A stretch of DNA of 64,000 bases from Trichoplax adhaerens. Lineage: Eukaryota; Animalia; Placozoa. Shown here piece by piece: positions 1 through 15,279 of this stretch (within the stretch, counting starts at the first letter, position 1; each line of letters starts with the position of its first letter). A program made the translations under genes and the position numbers. The notes under the pieces were generated by a model that was not told the origin of the DNA, made no database searches, and was given only the letters and a program-made list of their open reading frames with translations. The stretch lies in contig NW_002060943.1 in the NCBI RefSeq assembly GCF_000150275.1, forward strand, positions 4,484,008 through 4,548,007. The letters are read 5' to 3'.

Positions 1-1435
1 TATGCAAGCAAAGTTGCTCTGTCGATAACAACCGTTATAAGAAAATGCAATAATCAAAATGGCTGAGTAGAAAACTCTATAAAGATTCTATGTTTATTCA
101 ATTTTCATCAGAGTATTACATCAAATCAAAATTGAAAGGCCCAGTGACCACACTTAGCGATATAACGAATACTATTTCAAAAATCAATACTCTGTAGAAA
201 TTACTACCTTAGAGCTATTCGTTTTACATGAAGAAATCTTGAGGTAAAAAGTACTGTAAGAATGTTATACTGACCTATTGAAATGAACCCATAATCAGAG
301 TAATCTAACAGTAGTATAAATACCCCGCGCTGCTATTCGAGGGATGATGGGTGGCATTTTGAAATAAAGACTAATAAATTTTTGATATCTGAATAAGTAA
401 AATCAATACTGCACGAGAGAATAATTTATTGATATTTATGTACTCATAATATTTCAGTATGTTGAATATTAAGAAGTACTATCGATAGGCAAGATCTTAA
501 AATTAACTAGCATTTCTGTATATGGCATTCCATTCTCAAAATGATGTCGTAGGCAAAAAAGCTACTCTGTCTATTACAATAATAAATTAGATGCCAATAT
601 AATGGCAACATCGATTATCGGTATAGCTATAAAATTAATCGATTAAAGATTATAAGATCCAGTATTTAAATAGTGATTCTGCTTTTACATTCATCAACTG
701 AAATATTTTATGAGATCATTAAAGTAAACAAGTTTTTAAAGACTTCCCTTTAACTTTTGCATATATATGCTGTGGTTCTGACAGGAATTTTTGGCTTAAG
801 TTCAAAGTGTATTAGATAAGGAAGTTTTCATTTTCAAGCGCTTCGGATTGCTGCCAATGTTCCGCACTAAATGAGATATATTTGAAGATATCAACAGAGA
901 TATACCTCTAAGCTTGGCTAGGTATCCAATATTAGGATATTTTATGGTTACCGCCATACTTCCTATTTAAATTAACTAAAGTCGATATGATACACTAAAT
1001 ATAAACGTTGTTACCTATAGAAAGGGGTTTAATTATTGTATATTAACTTTATAGATATTTATGCCAATCAACTCGACAGGCAATATTATTTCAATAGTTA
1101 TGCTAATGATCTTTCTGAGATTTACGCTATTAAACTATTGCATTGGGTACAAATACAGTTTGTAAGTGAAATCATTTACGATAAAGCCACATTTATACTT
1201 AAACAATTTTCTGGTCTAGCAAATATCATCATTAAAGATCGAAAGAAAAAATATTTTTACATCGTGATTAAATCTAATAAATATCTCCTAAATTGCCACT
1301 CTACTAATCAAAGATCAATTTGTAATTTAATAATAAAAAAGTTAGTAACGCTGCTGTTGCCACTTCAAGGTAATCATTAGTGCTAATTGGAAAGTATTAT
1401 TATTATCATCCATAGCTGTGACATTATTCAAGGAC

Positions 1436-4400
1436 TTAGTTTTTCTTATCAGTAGTTTCCGATATTAACGACGCTTTAATTAAACTTTGCTTAATACGTT
1501 CCTTGTCAGGTCGTCGTGACCTTACCCATTGCGCTTTAGCTTCAATATTATGCAATTTCTCTTGCAGAGTAATATAATGTTCACCACATGATATGCAAAC
1601 AAGCTGGTCACGTTGGATATCATTAAAATATTTTATTATTTTGCCGTCTCCATCATATAACTTCCTTGCTGCTGAGGCTATGCTTAAGCGGCCAGTAGCA
1701 TCGGTTAGTAGCTCATCTAGGGTGGATCCAAATATAAATGTTGTCTTTTTAGGATCGGTACCATTCAGGTAAGCAGCTACTCTGATGGTTTTATGCTGTA
1801 AATATAATCGTCGGCTCATGGCTTCAGCTGATTTATTCACTTTATTAGCAGTAATAGCTGTAGTACTTTGAAGTTGTGATGCCTTTTCTTGTTCTAGATG
1901 GGCTTGAAGTTTATTGATGTTTCTACTCAATCGTTTTTCTAATATCCGATTAGAACTGGCAGATTTTTTATTGCTGCCGCTAACCGTCTGTACGCTAGAT
2001 TCATCACCAGTTTGCATCTGTCCTCTAACTTGTCGTAGGCGATGTTTAGTTTGTTGCAATAATAGCTCTGCGTGGCTGATTTTATCTCGATTCTTTTTTA
2101 CATTTTGTTGGTTGCTAATAACATCTAGAATAACAGAAAAATCGGGAGCAAAGTCTTAATACTAAACGAAATACTTGCCGTTTTAATCAATTTAACTTAA
2201 TTACATCTACAGCTACTATATCGGAAGTAAATTATCATGTAGTGACTTTTACTTTCTCGTAAGTGATAGAAAAAGGAACTGAGCAATATCTTCATCAGGG
2301 ACTTCTCCTAGAAGTTCCAGTCTTAGTTTATAATCATTTCAATCGTGGCAGTAATTGCAGTAATGTTAAATTATAGGAAAATTATCTGAATTAAAAATTT
2401 ACATGCTATTTTTGAGAAAATTCTGAGCCTGATTTATATATTTTGTAAATACCTGCTGGATTAATAAATGGTTCACCACAAGAAACCCAAACAGGAACTG
2501 GTCTTAACTTTAACTCTGCAAAATCGAAAACTTCTTCATCTTCTCCTTCAGTACTGGTCAAGACTGAGCTTAGTATATCATTATTAGCATTAATTTCAGG
2601 TCTTTCTCTCTCTATAATACTATGCTCAGAATTTTCAATGTCATTCTCTCTACCATTTATAGACTCAGCATTCCGTGACTGATTGTCATCGATAGATAAA
2701 TCTTGCATGTTTTCATTTAGTTCGGGTGGATCGTCGTCATTAGGCTCAACATCTTGATTAGTTGTATCTTGAGCTAGCTGGCTGTTGCTATCTACTAGAT
2801 TCCTGTTTTCGCTATTTTGTACTAATTGATCTCGTGATAGCTGATTATCACTGAATGCTTCAGCTTGATTGCAATTGCTGTCAAAGTTTGAGCTACCTTG
2901 ATCAAACACATCTGCACCTTCTTCAGTTTGATTGGTTTCCTCAGACGCGTTTTCCATATTTGGATCAGGATTGTCTTGAGATTGTTGTTCTTCACCGTTT
3001 TCGATTTCATGCCTATTTGCTATGAGATCCGGCTCTTGGTTATTTAATATATAAGTTTCATTTTCTCCATTAGTTTGTTGATTGCCTTCAACATTGTCTC
3101 CATCTTTTTCTAATGCCGCTTGCAATGTATTTATATTCTTCATCTCCATTTTAGTATTTGATTTTGCTACCTGGTCTATCTCATTTTCCTGATCAGATGC
3201 TGTTTGTTCTAAAGTTTTCTCTAAAAGGCCGTAAGTTAAAGGATCAACTTTATATTTTCATAGATTGATTCCAAATCTAGTATTTAATTTACAAATAAAA
3301 CTTTTGCTAATTACCGAGCCTATCTAGAGAAGCTTTAGAAAGAGATGCTTTTCGCTTCATTTCGCGATATAAATCATTCATATCAAGAATTAATTTCCCG
3401 CGACGACTATACAATCTTCTAGCACTTCTAGGCAGTCCCAACCTCGTTGTGCAAAGATCCAGTAGCTAAAAATATTTTAGAATTAAAGAGAACTTGCAAT
3501 TATAACTATAACATAATAATAAGTCGAAAGTAATACTGCAAGATTAGCTATATGTTGTTGAGCACTTCTAATATTAAAGAATAAATTAACTAGTGAATAG
3601 TGCTTACAGCACGAGCCTACCTCTGTGATGCTAGAGCCACTAATAACAGCAGCCTCATTCTTGTTAGCTCTACCATTTCTGTAAGCAAGTACTTTAACAT
3701 GATGAACTTGTGGTGCTTGTTTAATATTTTGCGAAATAACCTTAACGTTCGTTGCTTGACGTAAATCATTGACTTCACTTTCCCAATAGTTTTTAGTCTG
3801 AACAGCATTTTCAGTCGTTAAATCAACCTAGTTAAGAATGTAATGAAATTGTTTCAATATTAGCTAATTCTAATCCGTAAATAGTATAAATTTGACATCT
3901 ACAAGATAATGCACATTGACGTGATGTATCATAGAGGAATATACCTTTCCATGTAAGCATTTTAAGGTTAGCGGCAACTTTAGAGTGTTATTTGTTGCTA
4001 CAATTTATTGAAAAAAGTCGGCAGTTAATTATTGTTTGTTAGCAAATTTTTGATTCGTCTACCTCTATTTTTGCTGCTATCATTTTGCAATCCTCGAAAT
4101 TAACGTATAAAATATACGACTATTTTAAACCTATCTGCAATTTAGACTATTACATCATAATATTTATTATCAATATCAATATTCCTTTTACCATTAGGTA
4201 ACTATACTTTAATTAATAAAAATAATAATTGTATGAGCTAATACCGTAATTGATTGCATATGGTAGTAAAACGCAAATCTTGTGGACAAAAGCATTATGT
4301 AAATGTTAATTTATATCATTTGTTAATGGTTATATGAAGGGGTTCTTGTCGTCATTAAAGGATTGTTTGCAAGGATTTTACTGTAAACGTTATAAAGTGC

Positions 4401-7400
4401 TAGACAGCATTATAACTATGTAAATATGATTGCTGAATTTTACCATCTCCCATCGCACAAGCGAATGCCACTGGATGTTCTATACGCTTAAATTTTCTTC
4501 GACCTCTAGCTGCTTTACCGCAGGCATCGCATAAGAAAAGTTCTTGATTTCCCGTCAACGCAATATAAGTAAACCCCTACAATAATATTGTTCCGCATTA
4601 TCTTCTAAGCTGAATTTTTTAAATTAATGGAATTTATGCAAGTACCGGCTGGACAATTTTGATGGGTCCCATAACCGCAAAAGTGCATAAGCTAGCATTA
4701 ATTGCCGCTGTAATTTCTGTTTAGAAATCAATTTTCAATTGCACTTATTAGTTTTTATTGTTAACCGTTATCTTGAAGGCAAATATTATGCTAAACTTCT
4801 TAAGGGCCTTATTGCATTATAATTAAAGCGTTGATCTTAAGCACCTTTATCAAAAATATCTGTCGAAAATGCTTCAATCATTTGTGTTATAGGATTATGA
4901 TGCCATCGTTGATGCCCTTGGCCGTAATCAAATGATTTAACTTGTTGTATAGTAACGGTAGCTTTATCATATGTGGCAGATTTCGGCTGATATAGACTAG
5001 GCATGGTAACGGTTAAGCCCAATTTCATGTTAAATTTAGCTAGAATATAACTAGAATAGATCATTGAAAGCGAATGAATAATATTATCAGGTTTATAATT
5101 AATATTAATAATAAGGAGTTGCAATCTATCTGTATTGTAATTTATTCGTGCAATCATTGCATGATTTCGGAAAGTATCAGTTAGAGAATCTAATTTTATA
5201 TCTATCCTAATAAAGCTGAGGTATACTGATATTTGCGAATACTAAAAACTGTAATTTAAGTCAAATACAGTCCTTCATTATTTAAATTTAAGAAACTAAA
5301 ATTCTAATAATTTTGTTTGTATTGTATTTGAAGTTGTGATATTAACTTACCCATCTTCTGTTATGATCCATCTTTGTGTGATATCGGTTACATCCTTTTT
5401 CTTTAGGATGATGCTGGCATTGGGTATTAACTAAATCAATTCAGTTAAATACAGAATTAATTGCTTCATAATGGAATTCTATTCGTAACCGTACTGATAT
5501 TATAAATAAGGTCGATTGGAATGATTACTTGTAAGTGGAAAGTCTCGTTATATTTTTAAACTGTAGTATTGTACCTCTCCATCTGCAGCTAACACAATAT
5601 TAGGATTAGATTTACAACAGATGAAATTTTGCTTTGTAAATAACCACTGCTGGGCAATATATGCTTTCTCAATCTTTTTATATGTGTCTTCAGATGATCT
5701 AGAAGAAAATGATTGACATCGAGTAAAAACAGCGTTGAAAATATCTTCTGTATATGATGATACTATAACGTCATTAAGATAGAGAGTATCCTAGTAGAAG
5801 ATCATATATTTCTGTAATTTACTTCATGTTGATAATCTGCCGCATGACTTCCATTTTAGAATCATGATTTGCTACCGCTTCATCATCAGTTAGTAATGGA
5901 TGTGAATTTAATTGCCATGGCTTTTTCAATTTCTCTAATCGTTCATCAGCGCGTGCATGGGACATTTGGTGGTAACTTTCATAATCCTCATCGTCTAAAT
6001 CATCTTCAGCCATAATTCCATGATAGATTTTAGTCAATCGATCCCTTTCCTTGGCAGTGATAGCGCTCTTACCGATACGAATACTGGATTGAGTAGTGAT
6101 TAACTCAGATGCAGAAGGTTTAATCACATCCAAAACAAAATCTAAAATAGAAAAATCGATTGATAGCTCTTAATTAGGTTATAGTATAAATAATATTTCA
6201 ACTTAGAATTTATGAGACCTCATATGTAGAGAGAGATGTGAAGAAAATTTTTTGTAACAATGACTACCTAGATATTTACTGCCTGCTTACCTGCTGGATG
6301 ACGTAAACTGCAAAAATATTTCAGCTTGTCGACGTCATGCATTAATATGGTTAACAATTCTTTCTTTTTCGTTTCCATTTTAATTGACTTAGGATTAACC
6401 CAATTCTCACCACAAGATATATATAATATCGTTTCGTCCGCCTCAATGGCATCAAGGTTCAATAATTCTTTACCTTGGATGTCGAAAACTCGTCGAGCAG
6501 CAAATGGTAATTCTAATTTACTAGTGCACTTCTCTAAAAACTAATCCGATGACAGAAAATTAGCAGTTAATCTAGCACTCTGGCCGATAAATGAAATTGT
6601 AATTTGTGGTTGTATCTGTCTGATTTGTATGATACTTCAAACTAAAATGAATATGAACGATTACAGTATTTTTGGACTGACTAATTTTTCCAAACTAAGC
6701 ATTTACGTTAAATCTCATTTTTATTCTGACGGTAATAGGGATAGTGTTTACCCAGTTAATGTTTCACGTTTAATTCAATGATTATTAAATGAATTGATAT
6801 AACTTACAGTTTGCATTTCGGCATCGAACTCTGTTTCTTCAGTAGGTGAATTAAATGAATTTCTAATCGAACATCAGTTACATGGTTGTATTTACTTTTT
6901 CGTATATGAAGCAGTAAGAGATTTCTCACACATTATGATTTTACATTACAAATAAAAGCTTACTTGGAATTAGAATTGCCTTGTACTTTTGGAGAAGTCT
7001 TTATATAATATGCAATGTAAGATAATAAATGACAGCTGAGAACTACCACACGATATCTACTAATAGCTTCACAGTCGTTAGTAGTACTGTACATCTAGTA
7101 TTAAACCGTACAATTTCTAGCATTATACTCTAATTTACCCATGACTTCTTCGGAATCACGATGGTCGCAGAAATCTCGTTAAAATTACCGCCATTTCGAT
7201 ATACTTTTATACTTCTACATGCTATCACAAGTAAATAATAAGAGTGCTGTTTACTATCTGTAAATGCGAATATACCTTGACATAGGGTGATTTTCGAACA
7301 AGCCAAGGAAAGAATGAACTTTTTTATAGCATACTCAAAAATCTCGAGTATGATTATGTACTAACCTATGCTAGTTTTATTAATATCGCCGGACTTAGCT

Positions 7401-10400
7401 TTCAATGAAGGAGCAAAGGGCATTATAAACCCTTCCATGGGCCAGGTGAATGTCTAAGGATTATTCAGGCGTAAAATAATTTTAAAGGAAGCTTATCACA
7501 ACATGAGTAGCTTTTAATTAACATTATGGATTTATTGAAGCCTGTAGCAGCATTTTAACCTCATTAAAGTGACCATCCGCATTGGAAGGCCATGATAAAC
7601 TTCTTTTGCTCCATTCGGGGTTTTCGACAACGGAATATTTAAACTGTCCGATAGAGTGGAAACCTTCCTGTTTAATACCCCACCTAAAATACGGTTGGAA
7701 TAACTTAAAATTAATCATGCTAGTTCTCCTATTTAGGAATAAGGATTATTCAAAAGTATATATTGATGTTATTAATACAGGGATGTTAAGGAGTAAAACT
7801 TTTTTATTTTATCATGGTAATATGCGATACTGTAATCATTTCATTTCTCTTTAAGGCAATCTCAGATATGCAATACCTTTGGCGTGATAAATTTCGGCTA
7901 AGCCTTGGAATCAATGTAAGCGTAAATTGAAGATTGCCTAGAATCAAAATATTTAGTCGTGTATGAGCTTAGAGGATTCTATTCTGATGAATTCATTCAC
8001 AAGTAAATGCGCTTTATGAATCAATCCATGAAATGCAAACTGAACGTTCAATTTACCTTGACGAGATGAAAGTACTGTACAGTCATTTGTTAGTGTTAAC
8101 TGTAGTTCTGGCTCATTCTAGAATATTTCAATGAAAATTTAATTTCAAAGTTAATTTCAGGATAGAAAATTAAACAGCTTGTTTCCAAAGGGCCAACAAA
8201 TAAAAAGAATTAAAGATATCTTCCATTTATGCTCTATTCATATTACCTTAATATAAACATTGCCGTCCCCACTCCAACACCATATTTGATTTGGATCTTT
8301 AGATTTACTGTAAATATAGCATAAGCTCTAATTTAAAAATGAGCATCGACTTTGGATGTCTGAAAGACTGTCGAAATGTATTAGACGATGAAAGGAAAAA
8401 AATTATCAATAGTCGCTATGATTTTATGGTTCACAGTGTCTAGATTTTTTGCTGAAATAGGTAATAACTTTGATTGGACATTTATGTTACTTTATGATTT
8501 TTTAAACTTAATCTTAATTCCTTTCACTGAAGCTATTAAAAGTGACAATATTTAATTCAAGGCTAACTATCATCTAAGTTATATTATAATTTGGATGGTA
8601 ATATATTTTCGCAGGATATTGAATTAGAATATGATAGCATGTGAAATTATTGGCTAGCTTTCTTTATATAGCGCTATCGTTAACGTTTTTAAAATGGAGA
8701 TTTTAAACATTAATAATTTCGGGTGATATTTTAGGAAGATACCTTAACTAGCTTACTATAAATTCACGAATATATTACAGAAATAGAGCACGCACTTGTT
8801 ACAATAATAAGTTAGAATATAATACTATACGAAATTAATTACAAACTAGCTCTCTTAACTATCGTTGTCATTAGCGTTTTTAAAATGGAAACTTGAAACA
8901 TTATTAATTTCGTGGCGATATTCGTACTAAGATGCTTTAATGAGCTTGCTATAAATTTATTAATATATGAAAGAAATAGAGCATGCAGTTATTACGATGT
9001 TAAATTATAATGTGATACCATATGGAACTAATTACAAATCAGCTTTCTTCATGCAGTGTTATCGTTAACATTTTTAAAACGAAGATTTGAAACATTCTTA
9101 GTTTGGTGACAATAATGGTAGCAAGATAGCTTAACTAACTTACTATAGCTTCACTCATATGTAACAGAAATAGAGTATGAACCTATTGCGATATTAAATT
9201 AGAATATGATACTGAATGAAATCAATTACAAATTAGCTTTCTTCATGTAGCATTATCGTTGATGGTTTTAAAATGGAAATGCAAATCATCATTAATTCCT
9301 TAACGTTAACAGTAGTAAGATACCTTGCGAGCTTACTATAACTTTATTAATATACAACAGATATAGAGTATCTACCAGCTTAAATACTTACTATTTGCGC
9401 AGGGCTACCTCATAGCCACTATACGTTTCAGCTTGATTTGGAATCTCCAAAGTAATCAGATGATCTAATTTAGTTAGAGCCAAGCTTGTTAGCGATTTAC
9501 AGCAAATGTGGCCGTCCTATACAAGTAGACCAGAGGAAATCTAGTTAGTTAACTAAAATGGTTTTTAAAACTTTTCTCGAATATTTGTCATTACTTGATG
9601 GATGATCCATTGCTGAGCCATAGGAGGCCAAAGCTCTTTATGATCTAACCTGTATTTCTTATCATAGGAAATATCTGGGTATAAAATCATGTTTTTGCTA
9701 ACCTATTCAAACAAAACAGAACAAGAAGCCGCATATAATTACCCTTAGTGCAAATCTGTATTTCAAGGCTGAGGAAATTCAATTTTTCAAATTACTGCTT
9801 ATAGTGAACATTTATAACTGAAAGCATTTCGATCGTGATTTACCTTGGAACGCAAATAATGCGAATTTCTATCAATTTCTTTTGGTTGGCCACCAATATC
9901 GCCCATTGCTGTTGGTAATTCTCTGGAAGAGAGCTCAGTCAGAACTTCCCATTGACTTCCACTATAGTATTCAGAGATGTTAATAATCGCTTAATTTCAT
10001 TCATCAATGAATTTGCCAGCTTTATACGTCAATCGGTTGCGTATTTATTGCTATCTTATTTTTTGCTATAAAATATTTTTAGCTTTGCAAAGCGTACCCT
10101 TGCCAATCTATTTCATCAAAGGTTCCTAATTCTTCAGCACCAATAAATTGCATTCCGTCGGGAGTGCATCCTTGAACAACTTTGTTTAAGACGAACTGAA
10201 GTGTTCGGGCTGAAAATAATATACGATAGGAAAGGTAATATTTAGAAAATAATTTCTTTCGAACTTTAGCTTCGCTTTATCTATTACGAGGTTTGATATC
10301 GCTATATTTTGCCTGTTTTTGAACTTTTATTTACCCGATTACAATACTACGTACTGTTTAAAGGTATGAAATCTTCACCATAAGAAATCCATACATCCTG

Positions 10401-13400
10401 ATCGTATTCTAAATCCAAAACCGATTTTATCTGAAAATAATGATAATTAATGTACAAGTCAAATTCATGTTTTCATAATTATTCATAATTATCGTACTAC
10501 TTCTGATATTCATATTCAATATACTTGAGTAACTCATTTCATTCCTATCGTCTAAATTTGATGTGAAACATTTATCTACTTACTTCGTCTCCTTGGCGTG
10601 TAAATAACCTTTGTGGAACAAGTGAAAAGCCGCTGATGGTATTCTTACCAACCTTCTGGAAATATTCATTGCAGCGATCGAGTAACTTTATAAAAAAATT
10701 GCGATATATTGCATTACTTTGACTCTCCATATCTCATCCATAACTCGTATTAATGGAATTACTGATTTGAATTAATAAAGCATCATAGTACTACCGATAT
10801 CGAACATACGATTTTTATTACTAGTAATAAGGGATTGGGAAATAAATGTAGGCGAAATAGGATAATTTGGGCGTTAGGGTGATTACATAAGGCGATTACT
10901 AGCATCATACCTTTTCTATAACAACTCTATCATTACTTGCGCCAAAGCCTGACTGTCTAACGTTAAAATGGATAACCTTAAAATCTACATCATCGCCATT
11001 TATGTGAACCTATTTCCAAGAAAAGTTCAGAGTCGCATCAAAAGCTGCTTAAATAAACATCAAATCAAATAATCCTGCTATATATCGTGGGGCATATTAA
11101 ATGAATAGTAAAAAATCGTATAAATATCCAACCATTAATGATTAGTACCTTCAGGCGTAAACCTTTAGCCCCTAATAAGCGATCTGATGTTTCCATAACC
11201 GGAATATGTTGCAATTTATAGGTCGCTTCATTGGCCTGCTTCGGATTGATGCGATTAAATATTGACGAAATTAGCCCATTATGGATTAAAAAGATTATAC
11301 CTTTTCTTCTTCATATAAATTAGAAATGCTTTCTAAGTCTGCTTGTAACGTTGCTATACCCTTTTTGACTTTATCCTTTAACTGTTCATTCTAATTTTTC
11401 AAAGAAATAACATTGTAATTGCGTTGTAACTATCACCAATACTGCACAAATGTCTGTGAGTAATCGATAATTAAATAGAATTTTAAATAACGCTAGTTTG
11501 AAAGAACGAATATTTTAAGGATCGTTAATAACTTGCTATCTGTCTCTTTTAAATTTTTAAGGCACCCATTTGCTTTGATTATGTATTATTGTTAATACAG
11601 GAGAGATACTGTTGACGTACCTTTACGTTTTCAAAGTTAGCCTGCTCTATAGTATATTCGGCTATCGTCAATCCTAACTCACCGTGATTGGTATTACCTT
11701 GCAATCTTTGATCAAGCTATCCATTTATTATAGAGTTACGAGAGTAGTAACGATAATAGTAATAAGTTATGACCATTAACCTGAAATAGACATCTATTCG
11801 TATGCTGCAAATAATGATTACCTTTTTCCCGTATTTTTTAACTTCATTTAATCGAAGCGTTAAAGCATGAATTGCATTTCGAATATATTCTTAATAAATA
11901 CCGATGTGGAAATAATGTTACGTCGTAGTTAGTTTCAATAGGTTTCTACAAATACCCCTACTTAACTTAAATTTAATATTTACCATAAGCACCCTTTGGG
12001 CTAAAATGTTCTGCACCTCTGGTAACCCACAGAGGGCCAAAGACTTTGCTTTGGCTTTTGATTTGAAGGCAATCTATTAAAGCTGGCACTAGTAGACAAA
12101 TTAATCGCGTTACTTTGAAGCTTACTCAGAAATTGTTAGCATTGGATGATATGATTTAAAATTATTGCAAAAATATAAAGGCACCTGTCGAAAGATCTAT
12201 TATTTGCTCGCCTTTCCAATTATATACCGCAGTGCAATGAGATTCCAGCTTAAATTTTTGAGTGCATAATTCCATTAACTAACAGACAAATAGAAATGTA
12301 GAACATAAAATCAACATTAAAGTTGATGTCGATTCGCTAGTAATATTTTAGCTGAAGGTTTGGTAAAATTTAAGAATATTCATGAAGCACGAAATTATGC
12401 GTAACATTGTAAATATTTACTCCACAAATACTAGGAGATCCAGGAATAATATGGTAGGCATGCAAGTACTATTTTATCTATTGACCCTTAAATTCCATAA
12501 TTTATGTCCGGCTATCTCTTGGTATTTACGATCGAAAATTTAAGGTACTAGTAGCCTCTAAATAAAGGAATCTTGCTTTGCGTAAATTTACATCACGAAA
12601 AGAAGTATCGTATATGACTAGGGGAACATTTCCTTTAAAATGTGGACAAGATGTAGCCTACCTCATCTACATCTCTACTGACGAGATAAATATTGCTAGT
12701 CCATTCTTGATTGCGAAAGATCATGTATCGGTTATTCTTCGCTACAAGCATTGATCTATAAATTATGTTCAAATAAATATGTTATTTAAATATTGTATTA
12801 AATAGCAAATTCTTTCATTTAATTTAAAGTTTATCATTAATTGTATAATTAATCAGTGAAATCATTTGATATGATATCACTACTTACTTTAATCTATCAG
12901 ACATTATAGCTGTCTTTGCCTTTCCTCTTTTCTTGTCTTGCGGTAAGACAAGCCCAGTTAATGTCCATTTAGTATTTTGCATTGCTGCTGAGTTATCTAA
13001 ATGATCAAAATTAAATTTTAGAAGCAATTTCAGGGATTTGCTAAAATTTTCGGTTATTTATTATTTTGCACATTCTGACCGCAAGAGAATTTTAATCAGA
13101 ACTGTGCTATTCTTCTTGCAGGTTTGTTGATATACCTTCTAAGTTCATGTCAGGATTTTTAAATGCTTCGCCGCACGATACATACACATCACAATTAATA
13201 TAAATTTTTATTTCTTTGGTGACAAGCGTGCCATCGGCTAGAAATAATTTTCTGGCCGCAGACGGTAGGTTCATCTTTCTTGTACATTCATCTAAGATCT
13301 ACAACGCGTTATATTGTAAGCTTCTAGCCTTTTCCGATTATATGAAATAGACCAAATTGTAGCTAATACACAGCATCTAATTATTCCTAGAATAAAACTG

Positions 13401-14438
13401 CAAACCTCTTCGATACTGCTTGCCACAACGTAAAAATAATCATGACTTTGACCATTTCTGAAAGCCCGGACTCTTAATCTTTCTTGTTGCATTCGTTTTA
13501 GAAATTTTTTATTGCCAGGATAAATTTTTGTCGTTTGTGAAGGAATCTCAGATCTATATGCACTAATTTAATTGTAATAATTGTGCAATACTATGTTAAT
13601 TAGTGACTACAAGATAATAGCTAGATTAAAATAATGAAATTTATGAGTACTACGATAAACTATTCGAGTCTATACATAGCTTCCAAAGTGTGCTAACGAT
13701 ACACTGTACTTCTGAAACTAGCAGAATTAAGAATTTCTATAACGTAATTCTCAGCTTTTGTATCGTTGCTATCACAAGTAAACATTAGTTTTTGTAAATA
13801 GTTACCGTCTCTTTCCATTAACCGTCGGAGATGAATGACGTCTGGAGGACCCTTTACTACTCGATGGGGATGCTGCTTGTTCAAAGGGAGATGGTGAGGT
13901 ATCTTTTGATCTCGTTAATGACTGCCGTTTTCGTCGATATATTTTTCGCAGTTGAGCTTCATCAACAAAATAATCAGGGGCTTTTTCATGGCTTCTATTA
14001 AAATTGGTAAACAAAATTAAAAGATTTGCTTTCACGTAATCGTTTGGCTAATGTCTACGTTTGTCGATAAAAAAGCAGACTGCTAGCACGTTTAATTATA
14101 AGACCATTTTTACTGCATAGATGGCAACCAGTGAAAAATAAAACTAAAATTTTATATCGAAGTGCAATTTTCTGTGGCAATGGTAATACGTTTATTTCCG
14201 AACAAAAACGACTCACTACTAAGAAAAAATTTAAATATTTTCGTTAAATAAAAGAGATATTGATCACTCATTATCGGATGTTGCACCGTTTCAATTGTAA
14301 AGGTGATGATTTCATCGATTTCCTTAATTCTTCGATATATTGCATCATGACGAGGTCTTCTAATTTCATTTCGTAGCCCCTTTGGAAGGATGAATTTGCC
14401 ATATTGGTAGATGCACCACTTCTCTGAGATCTTTTCAT
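1436..14438 (-). CDS. DCDC1: Doublecortin domain-containing protein 1 (DCDC1/DCDC5-type); multi-exon, with several DCX domains and ricin-B-like segments
   Basis: Manually spliced exons give repeated DCX motifs: 'QERLRVRAFRNG...CTRKMNLPSAARKLFLADG...DVYVSCGEAFKNP', 'AARRVFDIQG...LYISCGENWVNP' and 'IRVAAYLNG...ATGRLSIASAARKLYDGDG...LVCISCGEHY'. The linkers 'TKWTLTGLVLPQDKKRGKAKTAIMSDRLK' (about 12890-12980) and 'VPALIDCLQ...GPLWVTRGAEHFSPKG' (about 11990-12090) match vertebrate DCDC1 as I recall it. The first coding exon reads MKRSQRSG...EDLVMMQYIEELRK (ATG at 14438; an in-frame ATG at 14447 lies upstream of a likely acceptor). Stop at 1436-1438. GT-AG introns. Confidence 0.9.
8610..9370. repeat. 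Diverged tandem repeat, about 4 copies of a 193-194 bp unit, inside a DCDC1 intron
   Basis: Anchor AGAAATAGAG/AGATATAGAG recurs at 8779, 8972, 9166 and 9359. TTTTAAAA(T/C)G(G/A)A and GCTT(A/G)CTATA-like blocks recur with the same period. Confidence 0.9.
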
Positions 14439-15279
14439 GACTATCATATTATAGAAAGAGGACGTGATTAAGCAATTTCAAATAGAATATCAGTTTGCAT
14501 CACTAAATAAGTAAATTGTCATGATTTTAAGACACATAAAAGACCAGCAACTGTCAGCAAACTACAGAATTTTAGTAATGAATTTAATGTATAACGTATA
14601 AATATGGATGCTTTGTATCAATGAATTGTTAAAGTAGATCCTTAGGGTTGTATTAGAAAGACTGATGAAAGAAATTATAAAAAAATAGAGAAAGTAATCA
14701 GTAAGCTTCAGTTTAAAAACGAAATTACACTGAACATTATCACTAAGGGTATACCAGTCTACCTAATACCGCGTAGGATTAAAATCAGGCGATAACCGCA
14801 ACAGCACTACCAACTGATGGCTATCACGAGTTTTATTTACTTGCTGATTTGAAAATGAATACTACTATACGTAAACAATGTTCTTAATGGTGTTTGATAC
14901 CTACAACCATCAGTACTGTAACGTACCTAATATTATAGCCTCGATAGGCCAAGAAATTAGATCAGGAGGATGAGTACCAACTCAACGAATTGCAAAGTAA
15001 TAAATCTCGACTTTAATTTCCTATAGTAGATGTTTCTAGCTACCACTGTAAAATTAGTGTACCACAAGATTTTGCATTATGATAATATAATAACTCTTTA
15101 ATATTTTACGTAACTCAGTTTTTCCCTCAAGCAGTAGCCTGTCTTACCTATGAGCTCTATTCATGAGTTACTATGGGGGTATATTATGTTATTTACCCCA
15201 CGATTTACCACTACCTAGTAAGAAATTGAAGTAAAATATGCATTATTCCATGCTGATTCGATTCAGTATTGTAACTACT

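Noticed and set aside
1036-1380. 114-aa plus-strand ORF, and similar short ORFs such as 22521-22775, 26694-26921 and 28626-28994
   Set aside because: Compositions are rich in I/L/F/Y/N/K, as expected from translated AT-rich non-coding DNA, and show no recognisable motifs.
13693-13884. Overlapping alternative ORF in the DCDC1 5' region
   Set aside because: Using it as an exon needs an intron of about 36 nt and breaks phase with the next exon; the simple splice at 13804 keeps the frame.
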